In this document: piece after piece, positions 8,999 through 19,643 of the stretch | Position numbering within the stretch: position 1 is the stretch's first letter | How the letters are laid out: each line of letters starts with the position of its first letter | Source of the DNA: Thermodesulfobacteriota bacterium | Lineage (GTDB): Bacteria > Desulfobacterota_D > UBA1144 > Nemesobacterales > Mycalebacteriaceae | Assembly: GCA_965205855.1 (NCBI GenBank) | Contig: OZ242184.1 | Location: 800,001-864,000 of the forward strand | DNA length: 64,000 bases | Direction of reading: 5' to 3' | Notes under the pieces: model-generated | What the model was told of the DNA's origin: nothing | The model's input: the letters and a program-made list of their open reading frames with translations, nothing else | The model's database searches: none | Made by a program: the position numbers and the translations under genes

Positions 8999-10201
8999 TC
9001 AGTTGGATGAGAAAGTTGCCTTGCTGTCCTGAAGGGCTTTGACGGCGCGGGTTATTCCGTTGATTGTAAGAGGAAACATTCTGTCTTTCGTGAATTTTTG
9101 AACCATCCCTATTGTCTGTGTTTCGCGCCATTCGCTTTGAGGAACGGGATTGAGCCATACCATCATTGGATATTTGTTTTGTATCCGTTCAAGCCATGTA
9201 AACCCCGGTTCGCTGTTGTTATGCTCAACGCTTCCGTTGACATACAGAAGTTCATACGGAGACATTGAGGCGTCTCCTACCATAATCACCCTGTAGTCGC
9301 TGTTGTATTTGTTGAGAATATCAAAAGTCGGTAACGCTTCCTGCCAGCGGCGTTCGTTGTTTTTCCAGACCGCCTCATATACGCAGTTATGGAAATAGTA
9401 GTATTCAAGATGTTTGAATTCGTAACGCGCTGCGGAAAAAAGTTTTGAGCAAAGTTCAATGTGGTCGTCCATTGAACCGCCGATGTCAAAAAATATCAGC
9501 ACCTTCACATTGTTTTTTCTCTGCGCGACCATCTCAATATCAAGAAACCCCGCGTTTTTGGAAGTCTTTTTAATTGTTTGGTCCAGATCAATCTCTTCAA
9601 TGCTTCCCTCGCGTGTGAGAACGCGAAGTTTGCGAAGCGCCATTTTCATATTGCGGGTTTGCAGTTCCGCCGAATCATCAAGGTCTTTAAATTCCCTTTT
9701 ATCCCAAACCTTGACCGCCCTTCTGTGTATGCTTTCGTGTTGCCCGATTCTTATTCCTTCGGGGTTATAGCCGTATGCGCCAAACGGTGAAGTTCCGCCC
9801 GTGCCAATCCATTTTCCGCCGCCTTGATGACGTTTTTTCTGCTCTTTCATAAGCTCTTTGAGCCGTTCAATAAGTTTGTCCAGCCCGCCCATCGCTTTTA
9901 TTTGAGCCTTTTCTTTTTCCGTAAGCGAGCCCTCCATAGTTCTGCGCAGCCACTCATCGGGAATGCTCATAAACTCTTTGTCGTCTGTGTATTCAATTCC
10001 CTTGAAATACTGCCCGAACAGCTGGTCAAACCTGTCAAGGTTCTGCTCATGCTTAACCAGCGCGCTACGGGTTATATAATAAAAATCGTCCACTCCGCGC
10101 TCAACCATTCCGCTGTCCAAAGCGTCAAGAAGGGTCAGGTATTCCTTTATGGAAACGGGAAGTCCGGAGTTTCGGAGGTATAGAAAGAAGTCCAGAAACA
10201 T
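8999..10201 (-). CDS. VWA domain protein (CoxE-like partner of MoxR ATPase)
   Basis: MIDAS-like DIGGSM; KWIGTGGTSPFG; YYYFHNC; VGDASMSPYE. Confidence 0.88.
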   Translation of the reverse strand: MFLDFFLYLRNSGLPVSIKEYLTLLDALDSGMVERGVDDFYYITRSALVKHEQNLDRFDQLFGQYFKGIEYTDDKEFMSIPDEWLRRTMEGSLTEKEKAQIKAMGGLDKLIERLKELMKEQKKRHQGGGKWIGTGGTSPFGAYGYNPEGIRIGQHESIHRRAVKVWDKREFKDLDDSAELQTRNMKMALRKLRVLTREGSIEEIDLDQTIKKTSKNAGFLDIEMVAQRKNNVKVLIFFDIGGSMDDHIELCSKLFSAARYEFKHLEYYYFHNCVYEAVWKNNERRWQEALPTFDILNKYNSDYRVIMVGDASMSPYELLYVNGSVEHNNSEPGFTWLERIQNKYPMMVWLNPVPQSEWRETQTIGMVQKFTKDRMFPLTINGITRAVKALQDSKATFSSN

Positions 10202-10337
10202 TTGTTGCAATTATAACTGAACGACAGGTGAGGTTTTATCTTCTTTTTTTAATCCTGACACGACATTGAATTTGCATTGGTTTGCAGCAACAGACACTAG
10301 ATTTCTAACAAAAATTTCAACATCGTAGTCAAATCCT

Positions 10338-10904
10338 TCATTTAGTAAAACATCCGTTATCTTGATTTTTCCTTAAAAAACTCACTAATGGAAACCCATT
10401 TTGGATTTTGTTGAATTCATTTGTTTTTGATAACAAAAGCCATTTGTTGAGCAAATCATTCTCAGGTGTTTCTAAATCTTCTTCCTCTCCGTTTTCGTCA
10501 TTATCTTCCTCTAATTCTCCATCTATTTCAGTTGCTCTTGTTAATTTTTCAGGGTGTTCAAGATTGAAAAGTATTTCAATCGGTGATTTGCGCCCTCTTA
10601 CTTCTACAGGTTCTCCTTTGATAATTGAAAAAAGAAATGTAAGACGCTGTTGTCCATCAAGAAGCAATTCGTACTGCGTGGAGGTATTTTGTTGCTGAGG
10701 AACAGAGAAATCACGAGTCTCTATCTCTTCCTGAGTTTCCCATGTAAGAATACTTCCTGACGGGTATTTTCCATAAAGAGAATCTAAAAGATTTCTGACT
10801 TGTTCTTTTTTTTAAACATATCTGCGTTGTATTTCTGGCAATTTGATTTTGCCCTTCTCAATATCGCTACACAGCTCAGCAGCTGTTTTTGTTTTTTGAG
10901 CCAT
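10338..10904 (-). pseudogene. Decayed DUF262 (GmrSD-type restriction) gene fragment
   Basis: MAQ...IKLPEIQRRYV*KKEQVRNLLDSLY..YPSGSILTW...LLLDGQQRLT; TAA at 10812-10814 replaces the conserved Trp; later frameshift and stops; AT-rich. Confidence 0.85.
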
Positions 10905-10908
10905 TCCC

Positions 10909-11760
10909 CTACCTCCTCATCCTATACCGCAAAACGTTCAACATCTCATAATCCTGTTCATTCTTAATCAACGCACCCGCATACGGCGGGTCTTCTTCGG
11001 CTATATCAAACTTTTCCAGCTCTTTTGAGGCAATCTTTCCGGCGGTCAAGAGTTTTATCCAGTCAATCAACTCGCTTGTTGAGGGCTTTTTCTTCAGCCC
11101 TTCTATATCGCGCAATGAGTAGAAAATATCAAGCGCGCTGTCAAGCAGTTTCTTCTCAAGTCCTGGATGGTGAACCTCAACAATCGCCCGGAGAGTCTCA
11201 ATTTCGGGAAAGGTTATGTAATGGAAAAAACAACGCCGCAGAAATGCGTCCGGCAACTCTTTTTCATTGTTGGAAGTGATTATAAGAATCGGCCGCTTTT
11301 TCGCCTTGATCGTTTTTCTGAGCTCGTAGCAATAGAACTCCATCTTATCCAACTCAAGCAACAAGTCATTTGGAAACTCAATGTCCGCCTTGTCTATCTC
11401 ATCTATCAAAAGAACGGACTGCTCCTCAGATTCAAACGCCTCCCATAATTTACCTTTGTTTATGTAGTTGGAAATGTCTTTGACTTTCTCATCTCCAAGC
11501 TGAGAATCGCGCAAACGCGCAACGGCATCATATTCGTAAAGCCCCTGCTGAGCCGTGGTTGTGGATTTTATATGCCATGTAATAAGGTCTTTCCCAAGCG
11601 CTTCGGCAACTTCAAACGCGAGCATAGTTTTCCCCGTGCCCGGCTCGCCTTTGATTATCAACGGACGCTCAAGCGTTATGGAGGCGTTGACGGCAAGAAT
11701 AAGGTCTCTTGTCGCCACATATTTTTCCGTTCCTTGAAATTGTTTTCTACTTTGTGCCAT
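10909..11760 (-). CDS. MoxR-family AAA+ ATPase
   Basis: GEPGTGKT, LLIDEIDKAD, ELPDAFLRRC motifs; start MAQSRKQF at 11760. Confidence 0.92.
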   Translation of the reverse strand: MAQSRKQFQGTEKYVATRDLILAVNASITLERPLIIKGEPGTGKTMLAFEVAEALGKDLITWHIKSTTTAQQGLYEYDAVARLRDSQLGDEKVKDISNYINKGKLWEAFESEEQSVLLIDEIDKADIEFPNDLLLELDKMEFYCYELRKTIKAKKRPILIITSNNEKELPDAFLRRCFFHYITFPEIETLRAIVEVHHPGLEKKLLDSALDIFYSLRDIEGLKKKPSTSELIDWIKLLTAGKIASKELEKFDIAEEDPPYAGALIKNEQDYEMLNVLRYRMRR

Positions 11761-11851
11761 TGGCGTGTTCTCCCTCCCTGAGAACAGGGAATTGATATCG
11801 TTACAGATAGTAAAATTACTTGTCGCAAAGCAAGTAATCAAATCGCGTGGA

Positions 11852-12349
11852 CTATGACCACGGCTCTTTGTAGTAATAGACAAAGTTGGCGACCTTGGGA
11901 CGCTCCGTCCAACCCATCTTTTTGTAAAATCCGCGTTTATATGAAGGTTTCTCCTTTCCGTTTGTTATCATAAGGCGGAAACAATCTCTTTTTTTACCCT
12001 CTTCCATCACAGCTTCCAGAAGGAGACTTCCCGCTCCCATACCGGATGCGGATGGGTTGACAAACATATCGGAGACATAACCCTCCGTGCCGGCAAGCAT
12101 TATGAACGGAACCCAGTGGACATTTACAAATCCGGTAACCTTGCCGTTTTCACTATTTTCGGCAACCAGAACCGTATGTCCTTGCGGGTTTTCAAGAGAT
12201 GTCTCTATCAGTTTTTCCACGGGCGTGGCAATCTGCTCCGTTGTCATGGCGTTTCTTTTCTCCGACCACCCTATTTCCTTGAGGATTGACGCCATTGCTT
12301 CTGAATCTTTTGTTCCCGCCTTGCGGATGACAAGAGAGCTCTCCGGCAT
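11852..12349 (-). CDS. GNAT-family acetyltransferase
   Basis: Motif A-like FVNPSASGMGAGSLLL; FYKKMGW. Confidence 0.85.
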   Translation of the reverse strand: MPESSLVIRKAGTKDSEAMASILKEIGWSEKRNAMTTEQIATPVEKLIETSLENPQGHTVLVAENSENGKVTGFVNVHWVPFIMLAGTEGYVSDMFVNPSASGMGAGSLLLEAVMEEGKKRDCFRLMITNGKEKPSYKRGFYKKMGWTERPKVANFVYYYKEPWS

Positions 12350-13122
12350 TATTTTTTCTCCCGTTTCAAAATTTCAAGAAGACCTTCAAGTTTTTCAAGC
12401 GTTTTTGAGGATGACAGTTTTCCCGCGAGCTCTTTTGAATCAACCTCGTCAAGCGTTTTTTCAACCCTGTTGGAAATCTGTTCGCGTCGAATATTTTTCT
12501 TTTGCATAAAAACATCCATATCTATTTTTTCCATTTCCTCTATGGCTGATGAAACAACCCTTTCCGGAGCGGCGAGCCTGTTGATAATTCCATTTTCCAA
12601 TGCCTGTTCCACACTGTAAAGTTTTCCCTTTTCAATCACCCGTTTTGCCGTTTTTTCGCCTATGACCGCGCTTACAAGCTCGGAGAGCGACTCCGGCATA
12701 GGAAACCCGATTGAGGTTTCATTTAAACCGACAAGAGATTTTGCCCTTTTTTCCGCAATTCTGAGATCGCAACAAAGCGCCAGTATGCACCCTCCAGCAA
12801 TCGCGTGTCCCTCAATCGCGGCGGCAACCGGCGCCGGGTGGCGGAAAACCACCAAGACCGATTTCAGAAACCCCCGGAACCAGGAATTGATCTTTGCTTT
12901 GTTGCCTTGTTTGAAGAGTGCAACGCAATGTTCAAGGTCAAGACCCGGAGAAAACATCTTTCCGCCCGATGAAAGCACAACGGGTTTTAACGGGCGCTGT
13001 TGTATAAGCTTTGCAAACGCAGAATTGAGATCAGAGAAAAACCCTTCATCCATTACACAAACGGGATTGGAATTCATTGTTACAACCATAGCGTTTCCCT
13101 TGTCTTCAATATTCCATGACAT
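12349..13122 (-). CDS. Enoyl-CoA hydratase/isomerase family protein
   Basis: FSPGLDL, AIEGHAIAGGCILALCCD, VGLNE motifs. Confidence 0.88.
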   Translation of the reverse strand: MSWNIEDKGNAMVVTMNSNPVCVMDEGFFSDLNSAFAKLIQQRPLKPVVLSSGGKMFSPGLDLEHCVALFKQGNKAKINSWFRGFLKSVLVVFRHPAPVAAAIEGHAIAGGCILALCCDLRIAEKRAKSLVGLNETSIGFPMPESLSELVSAVIGEKTAKRVIEKGKLYSVEQALENGIINRLAAPERVVSSAIEEMEKIDMDVFMQKKNIRREQISNRVEKTLDEVDSKELAGKLSSSKTLEKLEGLLEILKREKK

Positions 13123-13215
13123 TCTTTGGAAACTAACAGAAAGGCATAACCTCCGCAAGGATATAATGACAGAAAGAAGGCTGATGGGTATGATAGGTTA
13201 TCTTTTACTCCTCAG

Positions 13216-15447
13216 ATGCCTGACACCCCAAGCAAAGACAAATACGGCAACGGACTTGAAGCCGCCCGCGAACACGGTCTTAGCGAAGAGCAATACTCTT
13301 TTATCAAAAAGACGCTTGGCAGGGAGCCCAACATTGTCGAAATCGGAATACTCGGCGCCATGTGGTCCGAACACTGCTCTTATAAAAGCTCAAAGGTTCA
13401 TCTTCGCAAATTTCCGACAAAAGGCAAAGCGGTGATTCAAGGCCCGGGCGAAAACGCCGGAGTCATGGACATAGGAGACGGATACTGCGCGGTTTTTAAG
13501 ATGGAAAGCCACAACCACCCTTCTTTTATTGAGCCGTATCAGGGAGCCGCGACCGGAGTCGGAGGAATTCTGCGGGATATTTTCACAATGGGAGCAAGAC
13601 CCGTCGCAATACTCAATTCCCTCAGATTCGGCAATCCGAAACTGGAAAAAACAAGGTTTCTTGTGAACGGCGTTGTGTCCGGAATAGCGGGATACGGAAA
13701 CTGTGTCGGCGTGCCGACCGTTGGCGGCGAGATTGATTTTGACGATTGCTACAACGGAAACCCTCTTGTCAATGTTTTTGCGTTGGGCATAACACGCACA
13801 AACAGAGTTTTTACCGGACACGCGGCGGGGGTTGGAAATCCGGTTGTCTATGTTGGCTCCAAAACCGGCAGGGATGGGATAAAGGGCGCGGTTATGGCAT
13901 CGGATGTTTTTGACAATGAATCGGCCGCGGACCGACCGACCGTTCAAATAGGCGACCCTTTTACCGAAAAACTGCTTATTGAGGCGTGTATGGAGCTTTT
14001 TGAGATGGGCGCGGTGGTTGGCATACAAGACATGGGCGCGGCGGGGCTGACCTCATCATCCGCGGAAATGGCGAGCCGCAGCAGAAACGGCATAACCCTT
14101 GAATGTGAAAAAATTCCCCAACGAGAAAAGGAAATGACGCCCTATGAAACGATGCTTTCCGAATCTCAGGAAAGGATGCTTATTGTCGTTAAAAAAGGAA
14201 TGGAAGAGCAAGTCCGAACGGTTTTTGAAAAATGGCTTCTTGATTTTTCCGTTATTGGTGAAGTTTGCGCGGAGAGAAATCTCACGCTTGTTGAAAACGG
14301 CAAAGTTGCCGCACAACTTCCGGTTGACCTGATTGTTGACGGTGCGCCGGAATATGACAGACCCGTGGAGGCACCCGCGTCGGCTTCTGTACCCGCTTCT
14401 TTTCCCTGCGGAGGAAAACTTGAAGAAAACTTTGTAAAAATCCTTTCCTCTCCTTTTTCCGCGAGCAAGCATTGGATTTACGAACAGTTTGACCACATGG
14501 TAGGCACCGGCACGGTGGTGCCTCCGGGGTCGGACTGCGCGGTTGTTTCCGTGGAGGAAACCTCAAAAGCCCTTGCTCTGACCTCAAACTGCAATTCCCG
14601 CTACTGCCTGCTAAATCCCAGGGAGGGGGCAAAGGCGGCGGTTGCCGAAAGTGCGAGAAACATAGCGTGTTGCGGAGCGAGACCCCTTGGAATTACGGAC
14701 TGCCTGAACTTCGGTAACCCCGAAAACCCCAACATTATGTGGCAGTTGAAAGAGGCGGTTGAGGGAATTTCGGAAGCCGCTAAATATTTTTCAACCCCGG
14801 TGGTGAGCGGAAATGTCAGTCTGTATAACGAAACGGACGGTGTTTCAATCAACCCAACCCCGGTTATAGGAATGGTCGGTCTGCTGGATAATATCTCAAA
14901 TCTGGTGCCTCAGTATTTTCAGAGTGAAGGAGACACTGTTTTTATCGCGGGCGAAACCTTTGAAGAAATGGGAGGAAGCCTCTACGGCGCTTTTCTTTTC
15001 AACAAAGTGGCCGGAGAACCGCCTTTGGTCAGCCTGAAAAAAGAAACTCGGCTTGTTTTTTCTTTGATTGAAGCAGCGGACAAGAGTATAATTAAGTCTG
15101 CTCATGATGTTTCAGAGGGAGGATTAGCCGTGGCGCTTGCGGAGTGTTGTTTTGCTCTGCAAGGAGTCCCTATGGGGTTTTCCGTGTCTCTCAAAAACAT
15201 CAACCCCGATATCCGAAACGACAATGTAATTCTTTTTTCCGAAACCCAGGCGCGCGCGATTGTTTCCGCAAGCCCGAAAGACGAAGATGCCGTCAGGGAG
15301 TTTTTTCTCTTGCGTCAGGTTCCGATTCAAAAGGTGGGGAAAGTGACGGCAAAGGGCATCATGGAGTTCGGGGAGATGTTTGAAATCCAAGTTGAGGAAG
15401 CGGCACGCCTCTGGTCTGAGGGCTTTGAAAAAAACTTGTTTATATAG
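13216..15447 (+). CDS. purL: FGAM synthase large subunit
   Basis: [41 protein letters not shown] motifs. Confidence 0.97.
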   Translation: MPDTPSKDKYGNGLEAAREHGLSEEQYSFIKKTLGREPNIVEIGILGAMWSEHCSYKSSKVHLRKFPTKGKAVIQGPGENAGVMDIGDGYCAVFKMESHNHPSFIEPYQGAATGVGGILRDIFTMGARPVAILNSLRFGNPKLEKTRFLVNGVVSGIAGYGNCVGVPTVGGEIDFDDCYNGNPLVNVFALGITRTNRVFTGHAAGVGNPVVYVGSKTGRDGIKGAVMASDVFDNESAADRPTVQIGDPFTEKLLIEACMELFEMGAVVGIQDMGAAGLTSSSAEMASRSRNGITLECEKIPQREKEMTPYETMLSESQERMLIVVKKGMEEQVRTVFEKWLLDFSVIGEVCAERNLTLVENGKVAAQLPVDLIVDGAPEYDRPVEAPASASVPASFPCGGKLEENFVKILSSPFSASKHWIYEQFDHMVGTGTVVPPGSDCAVVSVEETSKALALTSNCNSRYCLLNPREGAKAAVAESARNIACCGARPLGITDCLNFGNPENPNIMWQLKEAVEGISEAAKYFSTPVVSGNVSLYNETDGVSINPTPVIGMVGLLDNISNLVPQYFQSEGDTVFIAGETFEEMGGSLYGAFLFNKVAGEPPLVSLKKETRLVFSLIEAADKSIIKSAHDVSEGGLAVALAECCFALQGVPMGFSVSLKNINPDIRNDNVILFSETQARAIVSASPKDEDAVREFFLLRQVPIQKVGKVTAKGIMEFGEMFEIQVEEAARLWSEGFEKNLFI

Positions 15448-15453
15448 GGCGAT

Positions 15454-16881
15454 ATGTTGTCTCAACTAAAAGAAGAATGCGGGGTTTTTGGAATCTTCAA
15501 CAACACGGAAGCCGCAAACCTTGCGTATCTCGGCCTCCATTCCCTTCAGCACAGAGGGCAGGAAAGCGCGGGGATTGTAACCTCAGACGGAAAAAACCTG
15601 CATAGAAAACGATCAATGGGTCTTGTCGCAGATATATTTGACGAGGAATCTCTCAAAAATCTTCCCGGAAGAAACGCCATAGGACATGTGCGCTATTCCA
15701 CATCCGGAGCGAGCAACGCCAACAACATACAGCCGATTGTCATAACGCGCTCCGGCTCCGAAATGGCAATCGCCCATAACGGCAACATCACAAATTCCCT
15801 GACGCTCAGGCATCAACTTGAAGAGGACGGGGCAATTTTTCAATCAACAACCGACACCGAGGTGGTTGTTCACCTTATGGCAAGGTCAAAGAAACAAAAC
15901 TTATCCGACAGAATTATCCATGCTCTTTCGGCATGTAAAGGCGCTTATTCAATGGTCTTTCTGGATTCGGAAAAACTCATTGCCGCAAGAGACCCCTACG
16001 GTTTCCGTCCGCTTGTACTGGGCAAAATGGGAGATTCCTATGTTGTGGCATCGGAAACATGCTCGTTTGAGTTAATAGGAGCCCAGTATATAAGAGAGGT
16101 TGAACCGGGCGAAGTGGTGGTAATTGATGACAAGAATATTGAGTCCATCAAACCGTTTCCTGACAAACCTAAGGCAACTTGCATCTTTGAGTACATCTAC
16201 TTTTCGCGTCCGGACAGTTTTATTAACGGGCAGAGTATGTATATGGTGCGAAAGCGGCTCGGTAGAGAACTCGCCATTGAGCAACCCGTGGATGCCGATA
16301 TTGTCATTGCCGTTCCCGATTCGGGAGTTCCCGCGGCAATGGGTTATGCCGAGCAGCTTGGAATCCCTCTTGAAATGGGGTTTTTAAGAAGCCACTATGT
16401 GGGAAGAACTTTTATTGAACCGGAGCAGTCAATCAGAAATTTCGGCGTCAAACTAAAGCTCAGCGCCGTGAGAGACGTTATAATAAATAAAAAAATCGTT
16501 GTCGTGGATGATTCAATTGTAAGAGGAACAACAAGTAGAAAAATAGTCAAAATGCTCAGAGATTCCGGGGCAATCGAGGTTCATGTTAGGATATGTTCGC
16601 CTCCGATGAAGTTTTCCTGCTACTACGGAATAGACACCCCAAATAAGGGTGAACTTATAGCAAACTCCCTGAACGTGGAGGAAATCACAAAATATTTAAC
16701 CGCGGATTCATTGGGATATTTAAGTAAAGAAGGGATAGATACCGCCGTTGAAAATTGCTCTTCTTCCTCCGGAAACCCAAAGGGAGAAGGTTACTGTTAC
16801 GCATGTTTTACCGGAGATTACAAGGTTGAAATAGACGACCTGAAGTTACATCCGATACAGATGAATCTGTTTTCCGATTAA
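15454..16881 (+). CDS. purF: Amidophosphoribosyltransferase
   Basis: EECGVFG, LQHRGQE, VVDDSIVRGTTS motifs; Fe-S cysteines. Confidence 0.97.
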   Translation: MLSQLKEECGVFGIFNNTEAANLAYLGLHSLQHRGQESAGIVTSDGKNLHRKRSMGLVADIFDEESLKNLPGRNAIGHVRYSTSGASNANNIQPIVITRSGSEMAIAHNGNITNSLTLRHQLEEDGAIFQSTTDTEVVVHLMARSKKQNLSDRIIHALSACKGAYSMVFLDSEKLIAARDPYGFRPLVLGKMGDSYVVASETCSFELIGAQYIREVEPGEVVVIDDKNIESIKPFPDKPKATCIFEYIYFSRPDSFINGQSMYMVRKRLGRELAIEQPVDADIVIAVPDSGVPAAMGYAEQLGIPLEMGFLRSHYVGRTFIEPEQSIRNFGVKLKLSAVRDVIINKKIVVVDDSIVRGTTSRKIVKMLRDSGAIEVHVRICSPPMKFSCYYGIDTPNKGELIANSLNVEEITKYLTADSLGYLSKEGIDTAVENCSSSSGNPKGEGYCYACFTGDYKVEIDDLKLHPIQMNLFSD

Positions 16882-16887
16882 ACTTTT

Positions 16888-19635
16888 TCAGGCATTTCGA
16901 TAACGTTTCATCTCTGACTCAAGAAAGTTTTTACGATTCCGGAACTCTTCAAGTTTGCCCTTCTCTTTCTCTATGATTTTATCCGGAGCTTTCTTTAAAA
17001 AATTTGAATCGGCAAGTTTGCTCTCACTCTGGCGGAGTTTGTTCATAATCTCTTCAATTTCCTTTTCCATAGATTCAATATCTTGCTGAGTGTCTGCTTT
17101 TTCCGCCTCTTTCCGCTCAACTTTGAGATTTATATTAAGCCTTTTTTCCGTTGGGTTTCCTGCAGTGTCAAGAGCAATAACAGAAACGGTCGCAGGCAAT
17201 CCCTCAACCGAAGAAAATTCATTTTCATCCGAAAAAAACCGATGAGAGGAAACTCTGGCAAGTTTTTTTAAAACCCCAATCTCGGATTCAATCAGCCCTT
17301 TTGTAAACTGTCCGTTTTCTCCCGATTCAACAAGAAAGGAAATGTTGACCTTCTCTGACATTTGAATTCTGGAAGCGCCTCTTTTCATAAGAATTTGATC
17401 AATCACTCCCTCAAAGAAAAACCTCATTCCATTGTAGTCTTCGTTGAATTCCTCCGTAAAGTTTTTATAAAATTCCGGATAGTCGGAATCAAGCAGACTT
17501 TTTTGCTCAAGACCGGAAGCCCTTCTTGTTCTGTCGTTAATCTCCTCCGTAATGTGCGGGCAGAAAGGGTGCAGAACCTTCATTGAGGCGCCGAGAATTT
17601 GCAGGAGAACTGCGGATGTGGTTTTTTGTGTTTCCGTGTCTCCTTCATATATTGAAATTTTCGCGGCTTCAATATAGCGGTCGCAAAAATCTCTCCAAAA
17701 GAAACGGTAGATTTCTTGCGCAGCCTTTCCAAATTCGTATTGCTCCATATATCCGTCAATCTTTTTTAACGAAAGATTCATGCTTGCAAGTATCCATTTT
17801 TCACATTTGCCAATCTTTGTTGATATCTCTCCTGCGGGTTCGGTGTTTTGCTCGACGGTTTCCAGAATAAAACGGGATGCATTCCATATCTTGTTCATAA
17901 AATTTCTGTAACCCTTTATTGTCGAAACGGAAAGCTCAATATCTTTTCCGCCAGAGGCAAGTGCAGAGAGACAAAAGCGCAGAGAATCGGCTCCAAACTC
18001 ATCGGCGACCGCAAGTGGATCTATGACATTGCCCTTGGTTTTGCTCATCTTCTGGCCGTTTTCATCCCTTACCAGACCATGGATATAAATGTCTTTGAAA
18101 GGCGGTTTGCCGGTAAATTGAATACCCATCATAGCCATGCGAGCAACCCAGAAAAATATGATGTCAAAACCTGTTACTATAACTGTCGTGGGATAGTATT
18201 TTTTAAGAGATTCTTCTTTCTCCCAGGGCCAGTTAAGGGTTGCAAACGGCCATAGAGCAGAGGAAAACCATGTATCCAGAACATTGGTATCTTTTGTGAG
18301 TTCAACTTCTTTCCCATAATGCTTCAAAGCACTTGTGGCGGCGGCATCTTCGTTGTTTTCAACAAACACCTCACCGTCCGGGCCATGCCATGCTGGTATC
18401 CGGTGCCCCCACCAGAGCTGTCTTGATATGCACCACGGCTCTATATTGTTCAACCATTGAAAATAAGTGCGTTCCCAGAATTTCGGAAAAAAATTCATCT
18501 CGCCCCTTTCAACTGACTCCACCGCTGTTTTCGCAAACAGCTTCACATCCATATACCACTGTTCCATAAGACGAGGTTCTATAACTGTTCCGGACCTGTC
18601 ACCATACGGAACTGTGTGTGAGATATCTTCGGTTTTTTCAAGGAATCCTCCCGACTTAAGCTCCTTGAGAAGTTTCTTTCTCGCCTGAAATCTTTCGAGT
18701 TTTCTGTAACTTTCGGGAACTTTTTCATTCAAACAGGCTTTTTCGTCAAAAACATCTACAAGTGGCAAATTGTGCCTTCTGGCGACTTCAAAATCGTTAA
18801 AATCATGGGCAGGCGTTATCTTTACCGCCCCGCTTCCTTTTTCGGGGTCGGAGTATTTATCGGTAATAACGGGAATAAATCTTCCCGTAAGCGGGAGTTC
18901 AACATATTTTCCCGCAAGGTATTTATATCTTTCGTCATTGGGATGAACTGCGACCGCGACATCTCCAAACATTGTTTCAGGCCTTGTTGTCGCAACGGTT
19001 ATGTGGCCGTCAGACCCTTTCAGGGGGTATTTAATATGCCAGTAATGGCCGGAGACTTCCCTTTGTTCCACTTCCAGATCTGAAACGGCAGTCTGCAAAA
19101 CCGTATCGTAGTTGACAAGCTTTTTTTCGCGCCGGATAAGCCCCTGTTTGTAAAGTTCAACAAAAATGTTCCTGACGGTTTCAGAAAACCCGTAATCCAT
19201 TGTAAATCGTTGTGTGCTCCAGTCTGGGATAAAGCCCAGTCTGCGGATTTGGTTAATAATTCTATCGGTTGAGTCCTCTTTAAATTCTCTGATCTTTTCA
19301 ATAAAACTACTTTTGCCAAGGTCTTCTTTGGAAATTCCCTTTTTTGCAAGTTCACGCTCAACGACCATCTGAGTTGCAATTCCCGCATGGTCGGTTCCCG
19401 GAACCCATAGAACATCAAAACCTTTCATTCTTTTGTAACGGACAAGAACGTCCTGAAGCGTGTTGTTGAGGGCATGACCTACGTGCAGAGAGCCCGTAAC
19501 ATTGGGTGGCGGCATGACAATGGAAAACGTGGGTTTTCCATTTTTCCCCGTGTTGCCGGATTTAAATTTTTCTTTTTCAAACCAGAACACCCGCCACTTT
19601 TCTTCAACCAGAGTCGGACTGTAGGAAGTTTTCAT
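16888..19635 (-). CDS. valS: Valine--tRNA ligase
   Basis: PPPNVTGSLHVGH, WCISRQLWWGH, KMSKT motifs; C-terminal coiled coil. Confidence 0.97.
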   Translation of the reverse strand: MKTSYSPTLVEEKWRVFWFEKEKFKSGNTGKNGKPTFSIVMPPPNVTGSLHVGHALNNTLQDVLVRYKRMKGFDVLWVPGTDHAGIATQMVVERELAKKGISKEDLGKSSFIEKIREFKEDSTDRIINQIRRLGFIPDWSTQRFTMDYGFSETVRNIFVELYKQGLIRREKKLVNYDTVLQTAVSDLEVEQREVSGHYWHIKYPLKGSDGHITVATTRPETMFGDVAVAVHPNDERYKYLAGKYVELPLTGRFIPVITDKYSDPEKGSGAVKITPAHDFNDFEVARRHNLPLVDVFDEKACLNEKVPESYRKLERFQARKKLLKELKSGGFLEKTEDISHTVPYGDRSGTVIEPRLMEQWYMDVKLFAKTAVESVERGEMNFFPKFWERTYFQWLNNIEPWCISRQLWWGHRIPAWHGPDGEVFVENNEDAAATSALKHYGKEVELTKDTNVLDTWFSSALWPFATLNWPWEKEESLKKYYPTTVIVTGFDIIFFWVARMAMMGIQFTGKPPFKDIYIHGLVRDENGQKMSKTKGNVIDPLAVADEFGADSLRFCLSALASGGKDIELSVSTIKGYRNFMNKIWNASRFILETVEQNTEPAGEISTKIGKCEKWILASMNLSLKKIDGYMEQYEFGKAAQEIYRFFWRDFCDRYIEAAKISIYEGDTETQKTTSAVLLQILGASMKVLHPFCPHITEEINDRTRRASGLEQKSLLDSDYPEFYKNFTEEFNEDYNGMRFFFEGVIDQILMKRGASRIQMSEKVNISFLVESGENGQFTKGLIESEIGVLKKLARVSSHRFFSDENEFSSVEGLPATVSVIALDTAGNPTEKRLNINLKVERKEAEKADTQQDIESMEKEIEEIMNKLRQSESKLADSNFLKKAPDKIIEKEKGKLEEFRNRKNFLESEMKRYRNA

Positions 19636-19643
19636 ACGGAAGT

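Noticed and set aside
10812-10814. Stop-codon recoding in the DUF262 gene
   Set aside because: Further frameshift and stops plus truncation indicate decay; TAA is a normal stop elsewhere in the window.
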